Assembly (NCBI RefSeq): GCF_000150275.1
Contig: NW_002060950.1
Location: 2,468,106-2,532,105, forward strand
Length of the DNA: 64,000 bases
Reading direction: 5' to 3'
Source of the DNA: Trichoplax adhaerens
Taxonomy: Eukaryota; Animalia; Placozoa
Part shown: piece after piece, positions 12,065 to 26,181 of the stretch
Layout of the letters: the number at the start of each line of letters is the position of its first letter
Numbering within the stretch: the stretch's first letter is position 1
Notes under the pieces: generated by a model
Database searches by the model: none
What the model was told of the DNA's origin: nothing
The model's input: only the letters and a program-made list of their open reading frames with translations
Made by a program: the position numbers and the translations under genes

Positions 12065-12585
12065 CTATTTCCGATTCCCTTGCGATAGCTTCGTACTTCT
12101 AGCTTTCACAGATGTATTTGAAGTGATTCCTTGCTTTGTTGAAGTAACATTATTCATTACTACCTTACTGCTAGTATAAACACCTGGATCATTCGAAGTC
12201 TTGGTTGAAACAATTTTGCCATTTAATTTTACAGTCGTTGTAACACCTTTATTAGCTGTTGTATGCTCGCTGATAATCATCTGTGATGTAGTTGTTGTTT
12301 TTCGGCTAGTGGTAGTAGAACTGTCGACATTGACTGAAGTACTAGAAACAGTTGATTTATTATTTCGTGTGTTAATTCTGGGCTGACTCATATTCTCCGT
12401 CTTATTTTCAGCTCTAATAGTAGAAGATTCACTATAACTATTCTGATGATATGTAGTCTTCTTTTCTCTCTCTGTCTTACTAGCAATGCTAGTAGCTTGA
12501 TTACTGGATGACGTTGTCGATTTCTTTCTGGGAGCTATCGTAATTGTCGTCGTCACATTATCATTATTTTTAAGTCCCTCACGAG
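12065..12585 (-). CDS. Terminal exon of an uncharacterised disordered protein (Thr/Ser/Lys-rich)
   Basis: Within ORF 12065..12634. Acceptor ttgtag|CTCGT is phase 1, matching the donor at 13103. TAG stop is followed by AATAAA about 17 nt downstream. Confidence 0.75.
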
Positions 12586-13103
12586 CTACAATAAAAGGTA
12601 ACAAGAATATGCATGAAATTATTTGAATCAGCAAGGCTACAAAATCTGCGTTTAAAATACTAAAGCAAGAGAAGGTAGTAAACGCTTCATTAAAAGGATA
12701 TTTCTGCCACCGCTTAATTAAATACTGTATGTTAATAACAGATATTTATACCATTAATAAAAAGGATGTATGTAATTTAAATCTTAAGAAATATCGAACT
12801 ATACATAAATCGACTACATCAATTGAAAGTATAAATTAATCTTAAAGACATTTATCTTACCCTTTATACAGCATTACTATGATGAATGATATTAAAGTAT
12901 GTACATAAATACGAAAACAAAATTAGGAATGCCTTACGCTGCGAAACCGCCTTATCAACAAGTATTGTGTAATTAAATTAAAGTCTATATTTTATCTCGT
13001 CATTAAATATTTCAGATTTTAAATTAGAAATATACGAATACACAGTATGATTAGAATGTTTCCTTAATAGAAAAGAGTGTAAATAATGCAAATTTGAGCT
13101 TAC

Positions 13104-14030
13104 CTGAATTTTGAAGTGCTACTTGAATAGCACCTAGTGAATTAGAACGGTATAACCTTTGTTTTACAGGGGGTTTCTTATTTCCTTCTTTTTGCAAAGC
13201 CAACATTTTTTGCCTTGAAACCTCAATACTCCCTAGTGAACGCTTCCTTTCCAAGACAACTGGACGACTGCGATGTTTAGCTATAGAACGATTATCAGTA
13301 GGCGAGGCATTCATTTTCGATGTCGTGGTCCACTGAGTTGTGGATTCTGTAACAATCTCACGTTTCAATTTGGTAGTAGTAACGCGTTGATGTTGACTTT
13401 GAGAATTTGAGCTTCTCGTAATTAGTTTTGTATTTTGATACTGATCCTCTTTAACAGCCTGCTTTGCATTACTGTATTGATTAGAAGTATTGGAGTTACG
13501 TTTTTGCAAAACAATTTTCGTGGATTGATGTCTATCCACTTTCTCTGTAACTTGTTGAGCGCTGCCATATTTAGCAACAAATTTTCGCTCACGTTCAGCT
13601 ACGGTATCAGTGGATAATCCACTCCTTAAAACTTCAACGCTACCTATTGACAGCTTTCTAATACGAGTTAGATTCGAAGCTAAAGGATCAAAATCTCCCT
13701 TCGAGTATAAATCGCTTAATGAGCTCGCTCGCACTAATTTCTTGTGCTTTATAGCCCTATTGGCCTCGGTATATTTATTAATTGTTGCATTCGTATTTAC
13801 AGAGCCTACTATTTTGCGCTGCGATTCCGGTGAATTTGGTGCTGATCGAGATTCAAATCGAGATTTAGGGTTAGCCTCAACGAAAACAGCGCCATCTTCA
13901 AGCTCGTTCGGTGGAGAACTAGGAACTGATTGAGATCCTCTTCTAGAAGGTTGATCACCACCAGAGTGTGCTCGAAACTTTGGCTTTGCCATTCTGCTTT
14001 TAGCTTTGAAGGAACTAAACTTAGAGACGG
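13104..14030 (-). CDS. 927-nt exon of an uncharacterised Ser/Arg/Lys-rich disordered protein with repeated RxxS[LI]GS[IV]EV motifs
   Basis: Overlaps the 313-aa ORF 13051..13992, and the frame stays open up to acceptor ttattag|CC (14031). Donor TCAG|gtaagc; phase 1-1. Confidence 0.8.
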
Positions 14031-15859
14031 CTAATAAGATAGAAGATACAACGCAATCGATGTTATTAAGAAGCTGGACAACATTACTACAACTACAGAA
14101 TGATTATTTTATTGCTAATTACTATCTTTCTTAGTTGCCATCATAATTAAACTACTGCAAATAGTTAGCTATACGGTCAATTACATTTCGGATTGCTTGA
14201 AAGATTTATCTAGTTGTATACTAGATAGACGATACAATATCATTTTCTACGATCAGTATTACAGCACATTTTAATTTGAGCTAATGAAAAGAATTTTGAT
14301 AGCTTCTTCAATCTATTGTCGGTTCGACCAATCTACGATATTAGGATTTTTATTAAGACATGCACCGTACCGCGGCTAAACTTTGAAAATCATATATTTC
14401 CCCAATTTACTGTATCTTCCAAAGATTCCTAATGTTTCTCAGCCATTAATGGTTTATAAATTGCAATTACTAGATAAACTATTATCGCTATCTAGGTATA
14501 GCACTGTGCTTAACAATAAAGATCCATATTGTCGGAATTATAATATTACAATGATTCCATTCTCGATACAGTTATACAGTATCGTAAAACCAAAGTGCAA
14601 AACTTATATATCAATTATTTATAACTATTAAATTAGCTCAACCTTCTCCGATAGAGTAAGTAATTAAAGCTGTTTTATTCAGCATCTATAATTGATATTA
14701 TCAGTATAATATTTCAGTAAAATTTGTTGATTATAGATAACCATGATTACTGTCATGATAGCAATAAAGCTTATATCGGTCAAATTGATTAAATGAAGGT
14801 AGATGTGGAACCTACGTATCTTGTTATTAATTTTATGATGGTAGTCTACAAGTACTTTGAAATTTCGGATAATATTCATAACGGTAGTATAAGTAAATAA
14901 CGCCCGGCATTATGTTTAAACGGTAATGGTCGAAATTAGACTTAGGCTTATTTTCTGTAATCAAAGTACACTCATGCTTATAAAAAGCATTTAAATATTA
15001 TATCTTAAAAACATCCGATCAGATTTTAGGCATTGTACGTAAACAAAGGATAAACAATCTGTCATACTGATCTTTCGGTATAAAAGTAATATAAAATATA
15101 TTCTGTGTTTTCAACTATAAAATCATAATAATAAATCTTGAATTAACATAGATAGTAGAGTATGGCTTTCTTTGTCCATCAAAGTCTAAACCTATTAAAC
15201 TACGATTATTAGCTAAAAGTGTTACCAAGTAAATCTAATGCCTTGATAAATTAGAGCATTGTTAATGTAAGGTGTAAAGGTAAACGACATTATAGACTTT
15301 CGAAATTTTTGGACAGTTTTGATAATAGTAAACTCGATATTTTTCCTACAGATCCTGTTACGATACTTGTAATAACTTAGTGTGTGTAGAACACGATCTT
15401 TCATTATATTCCGTCAATATTGACGATCTTATTCTAGTCAGCAGCTAGCTATATTACAAATATACAGAGAGAAAGCAACTCATGTATCGACCATCTAGTT
15501 CTAATTATCATGATACAGATGATGTTACAAGATTTAAAGTCATGCGTTATTCATGCATGATTAGGTTTGTATTATTGAATTCAATTTCTTATAAATGACA
15601 AGCCAGATGTTTCTTTACTGGCATTGTTACAAAAAGAATGATAACAAGAAAATATGTCAATGTCAGTTACGATAAATTGATTATTTCATTCCCAATATAA
15701 CTATAAATCGTTACAGTACCTACTATTACGACTTAGATGAAGTATGTAAATAATAGAAAAAAATAGCTAGAATAGTATTCCTTATAATAATGCAAGAACT
15801 ATTGGATGTTAAAAGAAATTATTAGGTATACGCGTATAACGACTAATGACGGAACTTAC

Positions 15860-15890
15860 ACTTCCTGCTATTTTCATGGCTGTTCTCATC
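15860..15890 (-). CDS. Candidate 31-nt linker exon (DENSHENSRK), phase 0-1
   Basis: ctaat...ttatag|GATGAG...GAAGT|gtaagt. Keeps the frame into the 14030 exon when paired with 17098-17165. Confidence 0.35.
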
Positions 15891-17097
15891 CTATAATTTG
15901 TGATAAAGCATATTAGATCAGCTTATCTAATAGTAAAATAATTCAACCAAATTCTGTATTAGTATTAGCATACTATTGACAAGAGATTATAATTAGTTAA
16001 GCACATAAGTTGAGAGTAATTAAGATGGATGCAAAATAATAGTTAAACATCTGCTAGACACGTTTAGATCGTAAGGGGGCCATCGTAAGCTACCTTCTAG
16101 AATCAGCTAAAAATAAAGGCTGGAGGGATCAAATCTATATTTAGCGAAACTATTGTATCTGTGGCGTACATAATATTGGTCAAGTTTATTTTTAATTTAA
16201 CCGAAATGGAAGAGTTGCATTGCGGTATTATGATGATTTAATTGGTAAATTTATGTTAAATATTTAAATCAACTCGTTAAGTATAAAGACTGATTTTCTA
16301 CTTAGACATCATCCATTCAAGTCGTGGAAATTTTCAGATAATGTCACTACTTTAAGTATAACTTATTTCAGCTTTAATGATACCACAAAAAGTGTTATTT
16401 CTAATAAGTATGCTATGATCGACAGGAGAGTAGAGACTTGGACCGAGCCAAAATGCAATTTTAAAGTATGAAAAAATATTCATGTATTAACTCTTTAATG
16501 AATTCTTTCTATTATCAGAGTTGAGATCTTTTAATTTTTTCAGCATCGGCTATCGAATTGATTGCATGAAATTAATCATTCTATATTGGTGTTTAAACAC
16601 TACTGAAAAGGCTTAATAATTAGAAGCGAATTATGAAAAGCTTTTCTCAATAATTATTTCAAGTAACATAGATCAATAACATCAACAGTAATAGTAATAC
16701 GAAGAGTTTTGTTCTTTTGCTAAATTCTTACGGTATTAGTATAATCATTATCTTCTCCATAACTGTGATGTCTGTGTACGTAAGTTGCCATTTTGATTCG
16801 TTTTCGATCCAGTATTGAAATAATAAAACTTCTCGTTTCTATGCTCTTCGTAACCTCGAAGACTGTGATTGTAAGATAATTATGATGATATGGCTACCGT
16901 ATTTCTTCGGCCTAGTTAATGTCTGTAACGAAATAAAACGACGATGATTTAACCGATTTAACTTCAGAAAAGAAAGACTTTTGAACGACATTTTAATCGA
17001 TCTTCTATATTGTGTTGTTATAAATCTCAATAATGTAATAAAATTAGTTAACCTAGGAAATTTGATCATGGAAAGTTAATTTAATTGGATTTATTAC

Positions 17098-17165
17098 CTG
17101 AGGATTAGGATTAATAACCAAATCATTAAATGTTTCGATCACTCTATTCAAGATAGTCGATGTTG
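17098..17165 (-). CDS. Candidate 68-nt linker exon (ATSTILNRVIETFNDLVINPNPQ), phase 1-0
   Basis: ttttgttggttaag|CAACA...CTCAG|gtaata; 68+31 = 99 nt, which preserves the frame. Confidence 0.3.
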
Positions 17166-20100
17166 CTTAACCAACAAAATGAAGGCAATACCACAAGGAT
17201 TATCGTCTAGCCACTACGCTAATGATCGCAACCAATGTCGACGAAATGAAACGATAATAGTAATCTTGATAGATACTTGAATCATTTGCATAGTTATCTT
17301 AATTATAATTTGAATTAAAACTGAAACAATAGGAAATAATTATATTGTCCTCCCACAAGCACCATTCTCATCTATTCAATCCTGATTCATTTATCATAAA
17401 GCTATGACAAAAGCAAATATTAATTTATTACTTCCTAGCCGTCGAAGGTTAAGGCTGATTTCTTTTCAAAATGCATCGTGTTCAATTCAGTTTCAATGAT
17501 ACACTCTTAAAATTTAGCCTCAAATTTAAGATTCGCCATAAATAGGAAAAAATAAATATTACAATCCATAATTCTATTTGCTAAATAAGTAAAATATCTA
17601 TAATCTGTTAGAAATAAGAATGTAGGCTTTAAATTCTGCTTAGTAGTTGCTATATTGACGTTTAACGATCATACTTAGCAGCGAACGAATTAACTACGAA
17701 TTTGATACCAGGGTAGGGGGTGATAGTGGGTGGAGAGAAGAATCATTGTTCTATAAATCATTGTTCCATGTCTAAAAGCATAGCCATGGACATGATTCCA
17801 TATAATTTCAAATAAGCTATTAGAATTATTGAAATGAAGTTTTAAAGGCAATGATCACAGACATTATAGTAAATCAATGTTGAAAAGAAGACCCTGAGGA
17901 AACAAACGATCTACGAGTATGTGCATCATGTATATGCCACCGTTTGCATCTGATAAAGTAAAGCTGATATTCAGATCAATAATTATCACAGTTTTTTAAT
18001 TAATTAATTATGATTATTAAATGCTACTTCAGTTAAAAGTATCTTAGCTATAATTAAATCTGTCAAGAAGCTTTCTTTCTAGCAGAAATTACAGATTGGG
18101 AAGGCATGAATTGCAATATTAAAAGTAGGGCTGTATCTAGATATAAAACTCAACATTCATTGTGGTTTGCCGGATCAGACGGGCATGAAAGACAGATCTT
18201 GTAGAGTAAAGCTTTTGTAATCTATATCAAATTTAGTTAGAAGATCTATAATGGGCATATCTTTTCTTATTTGTAAAATACTGTATATCAGATACAATTG
18301 TTTGGCTTTATAAATATTTTGGCACGGGTTATCTATCATTATTGATGGCTTTTTTTGAAAGGCCAATGGTCTTTCTTGTTTTTAATAAATAATTGCAATC
18401 CTCATGGCAATACACTGTTCATCATGGCAACGAAATAACATTGACATGGAAAACGGATTATTTCAAAAAAGAGATATCAATTCCTTTGATGACGATAATT
18501 AAAAGGTGTCTTAATTATCTTGCTTTTAGACTATGGCTGGATTTAAATAATAAATTGATTATAAACTATAGAACGTCCGTCATGTATGCATAAGCCAGGA
18601 AATAGAGCTAATTATCACAACTTCCACAAATGAGTCATTTTATTACTTCTTAACTAGTTTTAAGGTGGAGCTAAAACTGTACTACGGTCATTTTTTGTAA
18701 TTGAAACAATATAATCTGTAAAAAACCCTACAATATGATACAGTTTATGTTTACCTAGCTAATTTCAAGACATTGAAGCGATGGTGCTAGATACTGCATT
18801 AGTTTTAAAACTGTTTTGTATAAACTAATTCAAATAGACCTAAAGAAAGATTTAAATTGATGAAATTTGATCCACTTTGATAGCATTGGTAGTAATTGTA
18901 GCATGCTATGCGACCGTGTTGTTTCTAATTATGCCCTAAATTCCTTGATTATATAAATGTACTTGTTCATTAGCAATATTATTCTGCAGGGCATTTACAT
19001 CAGCGATAAACCGTTATCTTCTAGAAATATTGAACAAAAAAGAGATCTGTGAATGTATTTAAGTTTCTCACTTTAACATCGGCTCAATTGATTAATTTAA
19101 CGCAATTGGTGCTAAAATTTAATATTAAGATAATTATTTATCTTCCTATATACTTACTGAGAGCAAATACTGATGGAAATAAATATTAATTTTAAATTTT
19201 GTGACATGGTGGGCTTTCATCTCTAAATTAATCAAAATTAATGATTTCTAGATCAAGCGTAAAATAGTCAAGGGGTAAAATGAAGGAAATGATAGAAGAA
19301 AATCGCTCTCCATCATAATCTTATTTGTTTAAAATCTAAATTCAAACATGTTTGTCCTATTTCTGAATAATTGTTAATTTCCTTATAAAATTAAGCAATT
19401 ATAACGCTAAAAATAAGTAATAGCAGGCGATTCTGTTATTGCCGTTTAATTTTATGTTTACGCATATAATGATTTTCTTTTATCTTTTAGTCAAGTGATG
19501 TAAGAGACATGTCAAAGAGTCAACGATTTGATTAATCTAGTACATTCTTCTTTTGAAACTATTTTATATAAACTTAAATTCTATTAATTTGATAAAATAC
19601 TATCGATGACCATCTCAGATATAGAAACAAAGCGGTTTAATCTATACAACAGTACTAGAATTTCTCCTTACACGGGTATGCAGCTTATTAATGTTATTGA
19701 GGCTATTTGATGCAGCACCGAATATCACTTGTGTGGAAATTAAATTTTAGTTTCTAAGGCTTCGCTTAGAGTCAATTATTCGAGTATATGCTCATACTAC
19801 ATAGAATTATGGTATATCAGCCAGACTTGAAATATCGGATATGCTAGAATTGATCATGCAGTAGGCTATCGAACCTATAATTTAGCAGAGTAGAATTTGG
19901 GTATATCATGCCAATGATAGCTAATAATTATATAATACTTAACGTTAACATTTTATAACAATAATTTGACAGAATCTTTAAGTTAGATAACAAGATGATT
20001 TACACAATTCAAATTCAGTTATCAAAAAACTTTCAAGAAGAATTTAAACGAGATATTGGATAGTTGACTTATTCAAGATCTATTTGTTTTACTGTGTGTT

Positions 20101-21944
20101 CTCAATGCCAAGTTCAAAACTAATCCAGAGCAAAGAATTTATAAGTTATGATGAAGCATTATCGATTAGGGCCGATATTTGAACTAATGTAAAGAAATTT
20201 TCAAGTAATGCTAAATCGACACTCAACCAACATTTGTAACTAAAGCATAGCGCTCAAGCAGTCTGAGAAACTATAATAGAGCGAATTTACAGCTATGAAA
20301 TGATTGAAATATTTGTATATAATCCTTTCCTTCGAGTAACAAATTAATATTACGATGATTTCGGTAGCCAATCATTGCATTCATCGATAATTGTTATCAC
20401 GCATTAAATATTTGATCACCAACTTAATAAGCCTTCGATAAGATATATATATGTTAACATATATATAGATTGATAAGTACAGTAGGTATTTCTTATGCGG
20501 TAATTTACTAAAGGACGTCTATCTCTAGTGAGTACGGGTAATCGGAGCGTAAGAGAACAAAATTGCTACAGTTAAAATTGCTAATGCTATTTTTTTATGC
20601 AATAGCCCAAGCTTCGAGCGCGGTTTAAGCTAGATATAATAACTGCATAAGCACCTTACTTAAAAGGAGGTCTTCACATCTTGTGATAGCCTATAAATTA
20701 CAGTTTAAGTGTATTATAAAGTAAAGACAAATTATTTTGTTATTTAAGTTAAAACAGTAAATAGAATAGAATTTAATTTTATTTACAATTATTGTCCATT
20801 ATACTCTACAAATGATGCTAAAAGATAAAGAAAAGTGTTAAAAATAATAGTTGGTTGTATTATACTATAACATTCATATAATGCTAAATATTTCCTAATT
20901 TATCAACTCAATAAAAAAATGGAGATACGATAATGTCGTGGTTGATCTTTAACTATCAAATAAGTTGATTATTCTCAAGCAATTGGACTATGATTATTAA
21001 TACTCCCAAAATATACCGATGCTGATCAGCATTTGTTATACTCTATGCATACTGTTACAGATTATTTTAGATTTTTTGTATATAAAACAAAATAACTAAC
21101 ACATTTATGCAATATCTAATAGTGATTAAAATTGTATTTGGCAATGAATAACCACGTTAGTTTTAGTGTTACTTAAGATTAAATGTTCACAATTAAAATA
21201 CATTTTAAAATAATCCCGATATAATATAACAAGCATCAGACAGTTAGGTAGATGGAATCTCAACGCAAGATTATTGCATGTATTGGTATATCTGTACGTT
21301 AGTTATTACACTTATAGCCTTACAACTAACCAATCTATTGAAAGATATTGTCAATACTGCAACATAAGAAGCACAAAAAATAAGAGGGTCATTGTTTTAC
21401 CTCAACAATATCCATTGAAGGAGCAAACAGTGTTGCTGAAATATATCGACTTAGACGCTTTAGGAAAATTTAACTTGACGTTTGCATCATATTGTTAGTT
21501 TATGAATAGATATTCATTACTAGCTAATGATTGTTATCAATTATAAATCCGTCTAACTGTCAATATTTGTTACTTGTAATGCTTAAATACTGTACTTTCA
21601 TGAAGTAGTTATAATTAGCATTTTTTTATCACTAATAGCCACATAGCATGCAATATCATTGCAAAGGCCTATATTGACTTTCTCCTTCATATTCAATACG
21701 TAGAAATAGCTAAGAAATAATTATTATTATGTCTTAAATTCTAAATAACAGAAGAACATAATTGACCTTATAGATGTAAAATATGCAATAGGAAAACAAT
21801 TATACGAGCAACTATCAGACGACTTTCTACATATATAATTTAACCTTATGTTATTTCATTTATTTTAGCGTGTAAAGACTGAGTAAAGAGAGATTAATTT
21901 CTTTCCAATTCTTTGTTGAAATTGTATTGCTGAAACTCAAAGTC

Positions 21945-22279
21945 TTATCTCATACGTATCGATCCTTTACCCTTAGCTGACTGGGTACGTGGACGTGGAA
22001 TCGGTGCATCACTATTATCACCGCCATTGCGAGGACGCCTTGGAACATTATTACTAGGTCCAGTTGTAACTCGCGCTCCACGATTTGGTGATGGGCGTCG
22101 ATTATAATCTGCTTGATTGGAAGATTGGTTATAATTATCATTGTCCATTTCTTCATTGTAGCGATCATCAGGTGCATTATTACGGCGACTGCTAGCAGCT
22201 ACACTAATCCTTCCACCTCGAGATTGACTTGCTGCATTGTTACGACGTTCTCGATCATTGCGTCCATAGTCTTGATTAT
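21945..22279 (-). CDS. Exon of a Q/N/R-rich low-complexity protein (terminal if read to the TAA at 21945; internal donor at 21970)
   Basis: attag|ATAATCAA is phase 1. Open frame DNQDYGRNDRERR...TQSAKGKGSIRMR*; includes ORF 21945..22148. Confidence 0.78.
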
Positions 22280-22478
22280 CTAATCACATTTTGTAACAAA
22301 AATTAAATTTATTCGATTAGCTATCGTTTTTCCTCATACGTTAATTTTCTATCCGCCACTTCATCAACATACATAAATAATACTAATTTCAAGCATTTGC
22401 TACGATTTTATGGTACTAATACCTAACAGAGAGTATAGAAACACGTTCTATTAAAAAATTATTTGATATCTAATTTAC

Positions 22479-22583
22479 CTCGATCATAGTTTGAACCACT
22501 TTCATTATCTTGATTATAAAATTGTTGCGGTCGACGAAGCTTCATGCTTACTCTTGCTGAAGGTTTTGGCCTTACAGAGTTAT
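22479..22583 (-). CDS. 105-nt exon (DNSVRPKPSARVSMKLRRPQQFYNQDNESGSNYDR)
   Basis: cttag|ATAAC...CGAG|gtaaat; phase 1-1; same composition as the flanking exons. Confidence 0.78.
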
Positions 22584-22748
22584 CTAAGATTGAAAAATTT
22601 CAGGTGAATTATGATAGTTGCAATAATGAAAGAAGCTCTTTATCCTGATTAAATTTAAATTTGGACACAAGAATAAATTTATTCAAAGCAATATCATCAT
22701 GTTGTTGGCATAAATATATCGTCCACATTGATTATCAAATTAGTTTAC

Positions 22749-24152
22749 CATAATCTTCCATGTTTGATGGATTATCTTGCTGATTAGTTGATGTAGTAGC
22801 TTGATAATTTGCTGCAGATCTTCGATTCGGTGGCATACCAGAATTAGCCGGTCTTTCATCGCTAGTTCTCGATGGCCCTGAATTCATATCTCTACCTCGG
22901 TTTCCACCAACAGAGACAGTAGCGCCTTTCGATACTCGAATAGTTCGATCTTGCGATGGTCTTCCCTCACCTTGCGTTGGTGGCTGTTTATTTCTACCTC
23001 CGCCATAACTAGGCTGATGTTGTGGTGATTCATTTGAAATATCTGAAGTCTCAGATTCCTCAATATTGAGAGCTAAATTGGAGCGACTATTGCCACCATT
23101 CCAAGATTTTTTATTATCAACACCAGCACGAGGACTTCTACGTATACCTGCAGTTGTGGATGGCTGTTGATAATTTGAATCTACCTGACTTCTTCCTACA
23201 GTTTCACCTGGATCATCAGCCGGTAATGGATATACTTGTAGATTTTTCAAATTGTGGCCTAATACGGAATTTACGTAATTATCAGTCTGCTTTTGCTGTG
23301 GCTGTTGCTGTTGCTGTTGATTGCCATAAGAATCCCATTGATTCCCGCCATTAGAATCGTTATAATCCTGATTATATTGCTGATTGTTATTATCATATTG
23401 ATCATAGCTGCTGTAGCCTTGGTTAGCGTTTGAATCATAGCTATACTGGGCTGTATAACCTTGCTGGGATTGATCAGCAGTAGAACTGGGATTTTTGTAA
23501 TCATAATAGGCTTTATTTTGAGACCCGCCATAACCTTGATTACTATAATTTTGATTCTGATAGGAGTTGGAATCATATCCATTACCATTTGAATAATTAT
23601 TTCTCTCCGTATTGCGATTTGGTTGCGGATAGGAATTTGTAGATGGTTGAGGCTGTTGCCAGTTTTGTTCACCGCCAGTAAAATTAGGAGGTTTTCCTTT
23701 ACTTTCATCAAGAATAGAAGGTCTACTTGATCTATTTGGTCGTTGATTACTTTGATTGTACTGGTTGCTTGATTGCTGCTGATTAGTATAACTATCCTGG
23801 TAGTTCCCAGAATATGGACGACGCTGATTTGAGTAATCGCGTTCTTGCATATTAGAGTGAGCATTGTCATAATTAGACTGTGATGATCTATTCTGGCTCA
23901 TAGCTGCATTGGGGCTTACATTTCGTTGATTGTAGTTAGATTCGTAGCCTTGCTGAGAGCTATAAGGTGCTTGCTTTCTGTTAGCATTATAATCATCGCT
24001 GCCATAAGAATAGGGTCGCTGATTTGCTTGCTGTGGCTGCTTTTGCTGTTGATTGGGATATTGATTGCCTCCGTAAGATTCGTCAGCAATGTTACTAGTG
24101 CTTTGATAGCCTGCTTTCATTTGATTTAGATTGTCGTACGATTGTGATGAGG
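22749..24152 (-). CDS. 1404-nt exon encoding a Q/N/Y/S/G-rich prion-like low-complexity region
   Basis: Within the 480-aa ORF 22735..24177. Acceptor cttctag|CC, donor TATG|gtaaac; phase 1-1. Confidence 0.88.
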
Positions 24153-26126
24153 CTAGAAGAGTGCCGAGAAGAGTCAATGAATTAGATTTATGAATACTTG
24201 GTATTAAACTACAGGCAAATATAATGCAAATATTTATACATTATTACTAATGATACTTTTATTTCATTAAACATGATTAATATATCAAATTATGAGAAAT
24301 TTTAGAAAATGAAGATTAAAAAGTTCAAGCTAAAATTGAGATAAAGTGTTCATAAAGAGTATATTATTCAACCCGATTATCAAGTATCGATTCATGCTTT
24401 ACTTTACAGGTATAAGTATTGCTAAAAAATAATTTTCCCGGCTAAAGTACGAGTATAAACGATAAACTATAAGTAAAAAGAAGACTGGGTGCTAATATAC
24501 GAATGATTCCGCAATGTCATTATCTGCGGTGTATAGAAAAGACGAAATGAGTTGGTTATGAACTAGAAAAATGATCAATAATAAATAGCCACGAAGGAAT
24601 GATGGGAATAATTTACTTGTTAGTAATGTAAATTTAATGAAACTTAATTTAAACAATCTTTCTACAGGTAGAAGAATTTCCTGAAGAATTTGATTACTTA
24701 GGGCAATAAGACAACACAACGATGGTAAAAGCACTAACAAATTCATCGCCATTTCAATATATACACGTATATCTGGTAATATTAAGAGGTAAAGTTTTTA
24801 AGGCGAAAATATTCTTGTAGAGAAGTAAGTTAAGGGATACTTAATGTCCATTGGTAACAAGGGTTTTCAACAGAATGAAAAGTAAATTAAATCGTATTTT
24901 TGGGATTTTTGAGCAAAAATATTCTTCAGTAGGCTAAATGCATAGGACTACCATCAAATGGATTCTAGTTCAGATATTCATCACCGATAATTATAAGAAT
25001 TATATTCTGAGTTGTAGAAAACATTCTAATAAAATCTGTAGTATAAGAATAGCAATTAAATATGCTATTGCTGCTATTTAGAAATTTTTTAGTCTTATAG
25101 TATACTCCAATGTTATTATCATCATTCATGATTATTTGAAAGTGTATCGACAAAGAATCATGTTCAGAATGGCCAAATCGTGGCTGTGAGGCTATCTGTT
25201 AATCAAATTTCACAGTTCAACACCTCCCGCCAGTCAATTAGAACCTTTAATGAATTAAATAATTTATCACTGTTGAAGCTATACTGTGCATGATGACTCA
25301 GATATTTACATTTCATAATTTCATAATAGATAAACAGGACCGAGTGATTAAAGTAATGTCGTTACACACGTAACTCAAGGTAGCTTGATATTGAATTAGC
25401 ACAAGAAGCCAGTAGCGTACCAAGAAGTTACTGTCATAAGCAAGTAATAAGTTGGAAGTTTAAATAGAAAACAAATAGACATGAATCAATATTTAAATAT
25501 CGTTATTATCATTTGTGTACATCTTATCGCATTTCATCTTATCCGACAACTATTATGCAGGTTGTAAGGAGCCTATTTTACTGTCTTCATCCGACCCAGG
25601 AAAAATTCTCATTAGACAGATACAATATAAGAGTAGTTAGGGAAAAGGTTAAAAATCAATTGGTATAGCTTAATTCGAGACAAAACATATTCTTTATCGC
25701 ATGAATAAAATAATATCGCTGATTTCAATTTTTGGTTTAGTTCTATAAGTAATATTATTATTTTATCAGCTATTTTCACTAAAGCGTAGGTAAATTATGC
25801 GATCTAGTGCAAATAAATTGTCATCTTTAAAGAAATATGGTCCTACACTATATTTAATATAAAATAATCATAATGACAAATATACGATTACAAACCATAA
25901 AGTAGCCTCCATTTTCTTGAGTTACTTATAGCTAAGACTATCTCGCGATAATTTTAGCTTCGTAAATCAGTAAACTAGCTTCTTAAACTAAACGTAGTAA
26001 CCGCTACAGATAAATTATTACACCTATCCAGATGAATGCAGGTAATAAATTAATGAGTCATTTATATTACGCACAAATTAGTACTAGTGCAAATACTCTA
26101 GGGACAAGCACGTACGGACGTGAGAT

Positions 26127-26181
26127 AACTTATTTTAAATAAATAATGAAAAACTTATTTTAAATAAATAATGAAAAACTT
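26127..26181. repeat. Exact 25-bp tandem duplication (AACTTATTTTAAATAAATAATGAAA x2.2)
   Basis: Read directly from the sequence. Confidence 0.85.

Noticed and set aside
13435-13933. Plus-strand ORFs antisense to the 13.1-14.0 kb exon (likewise 12201, 23154, 23926, 39368, 50117, 50585) and alternate-frame ORFs such as 23271..23870
   Set aside because: Shadow ORFs of real coding exons
22735-24177. Neuropeptide precursor interpretation of the Q/N/Y-rich ORF
   Set aside because: The apparently hydrophobic N-terminus MTLLGTLL is intronic acceptor sequence; no signal peptide and no regular G-K/R cleavage cassettes
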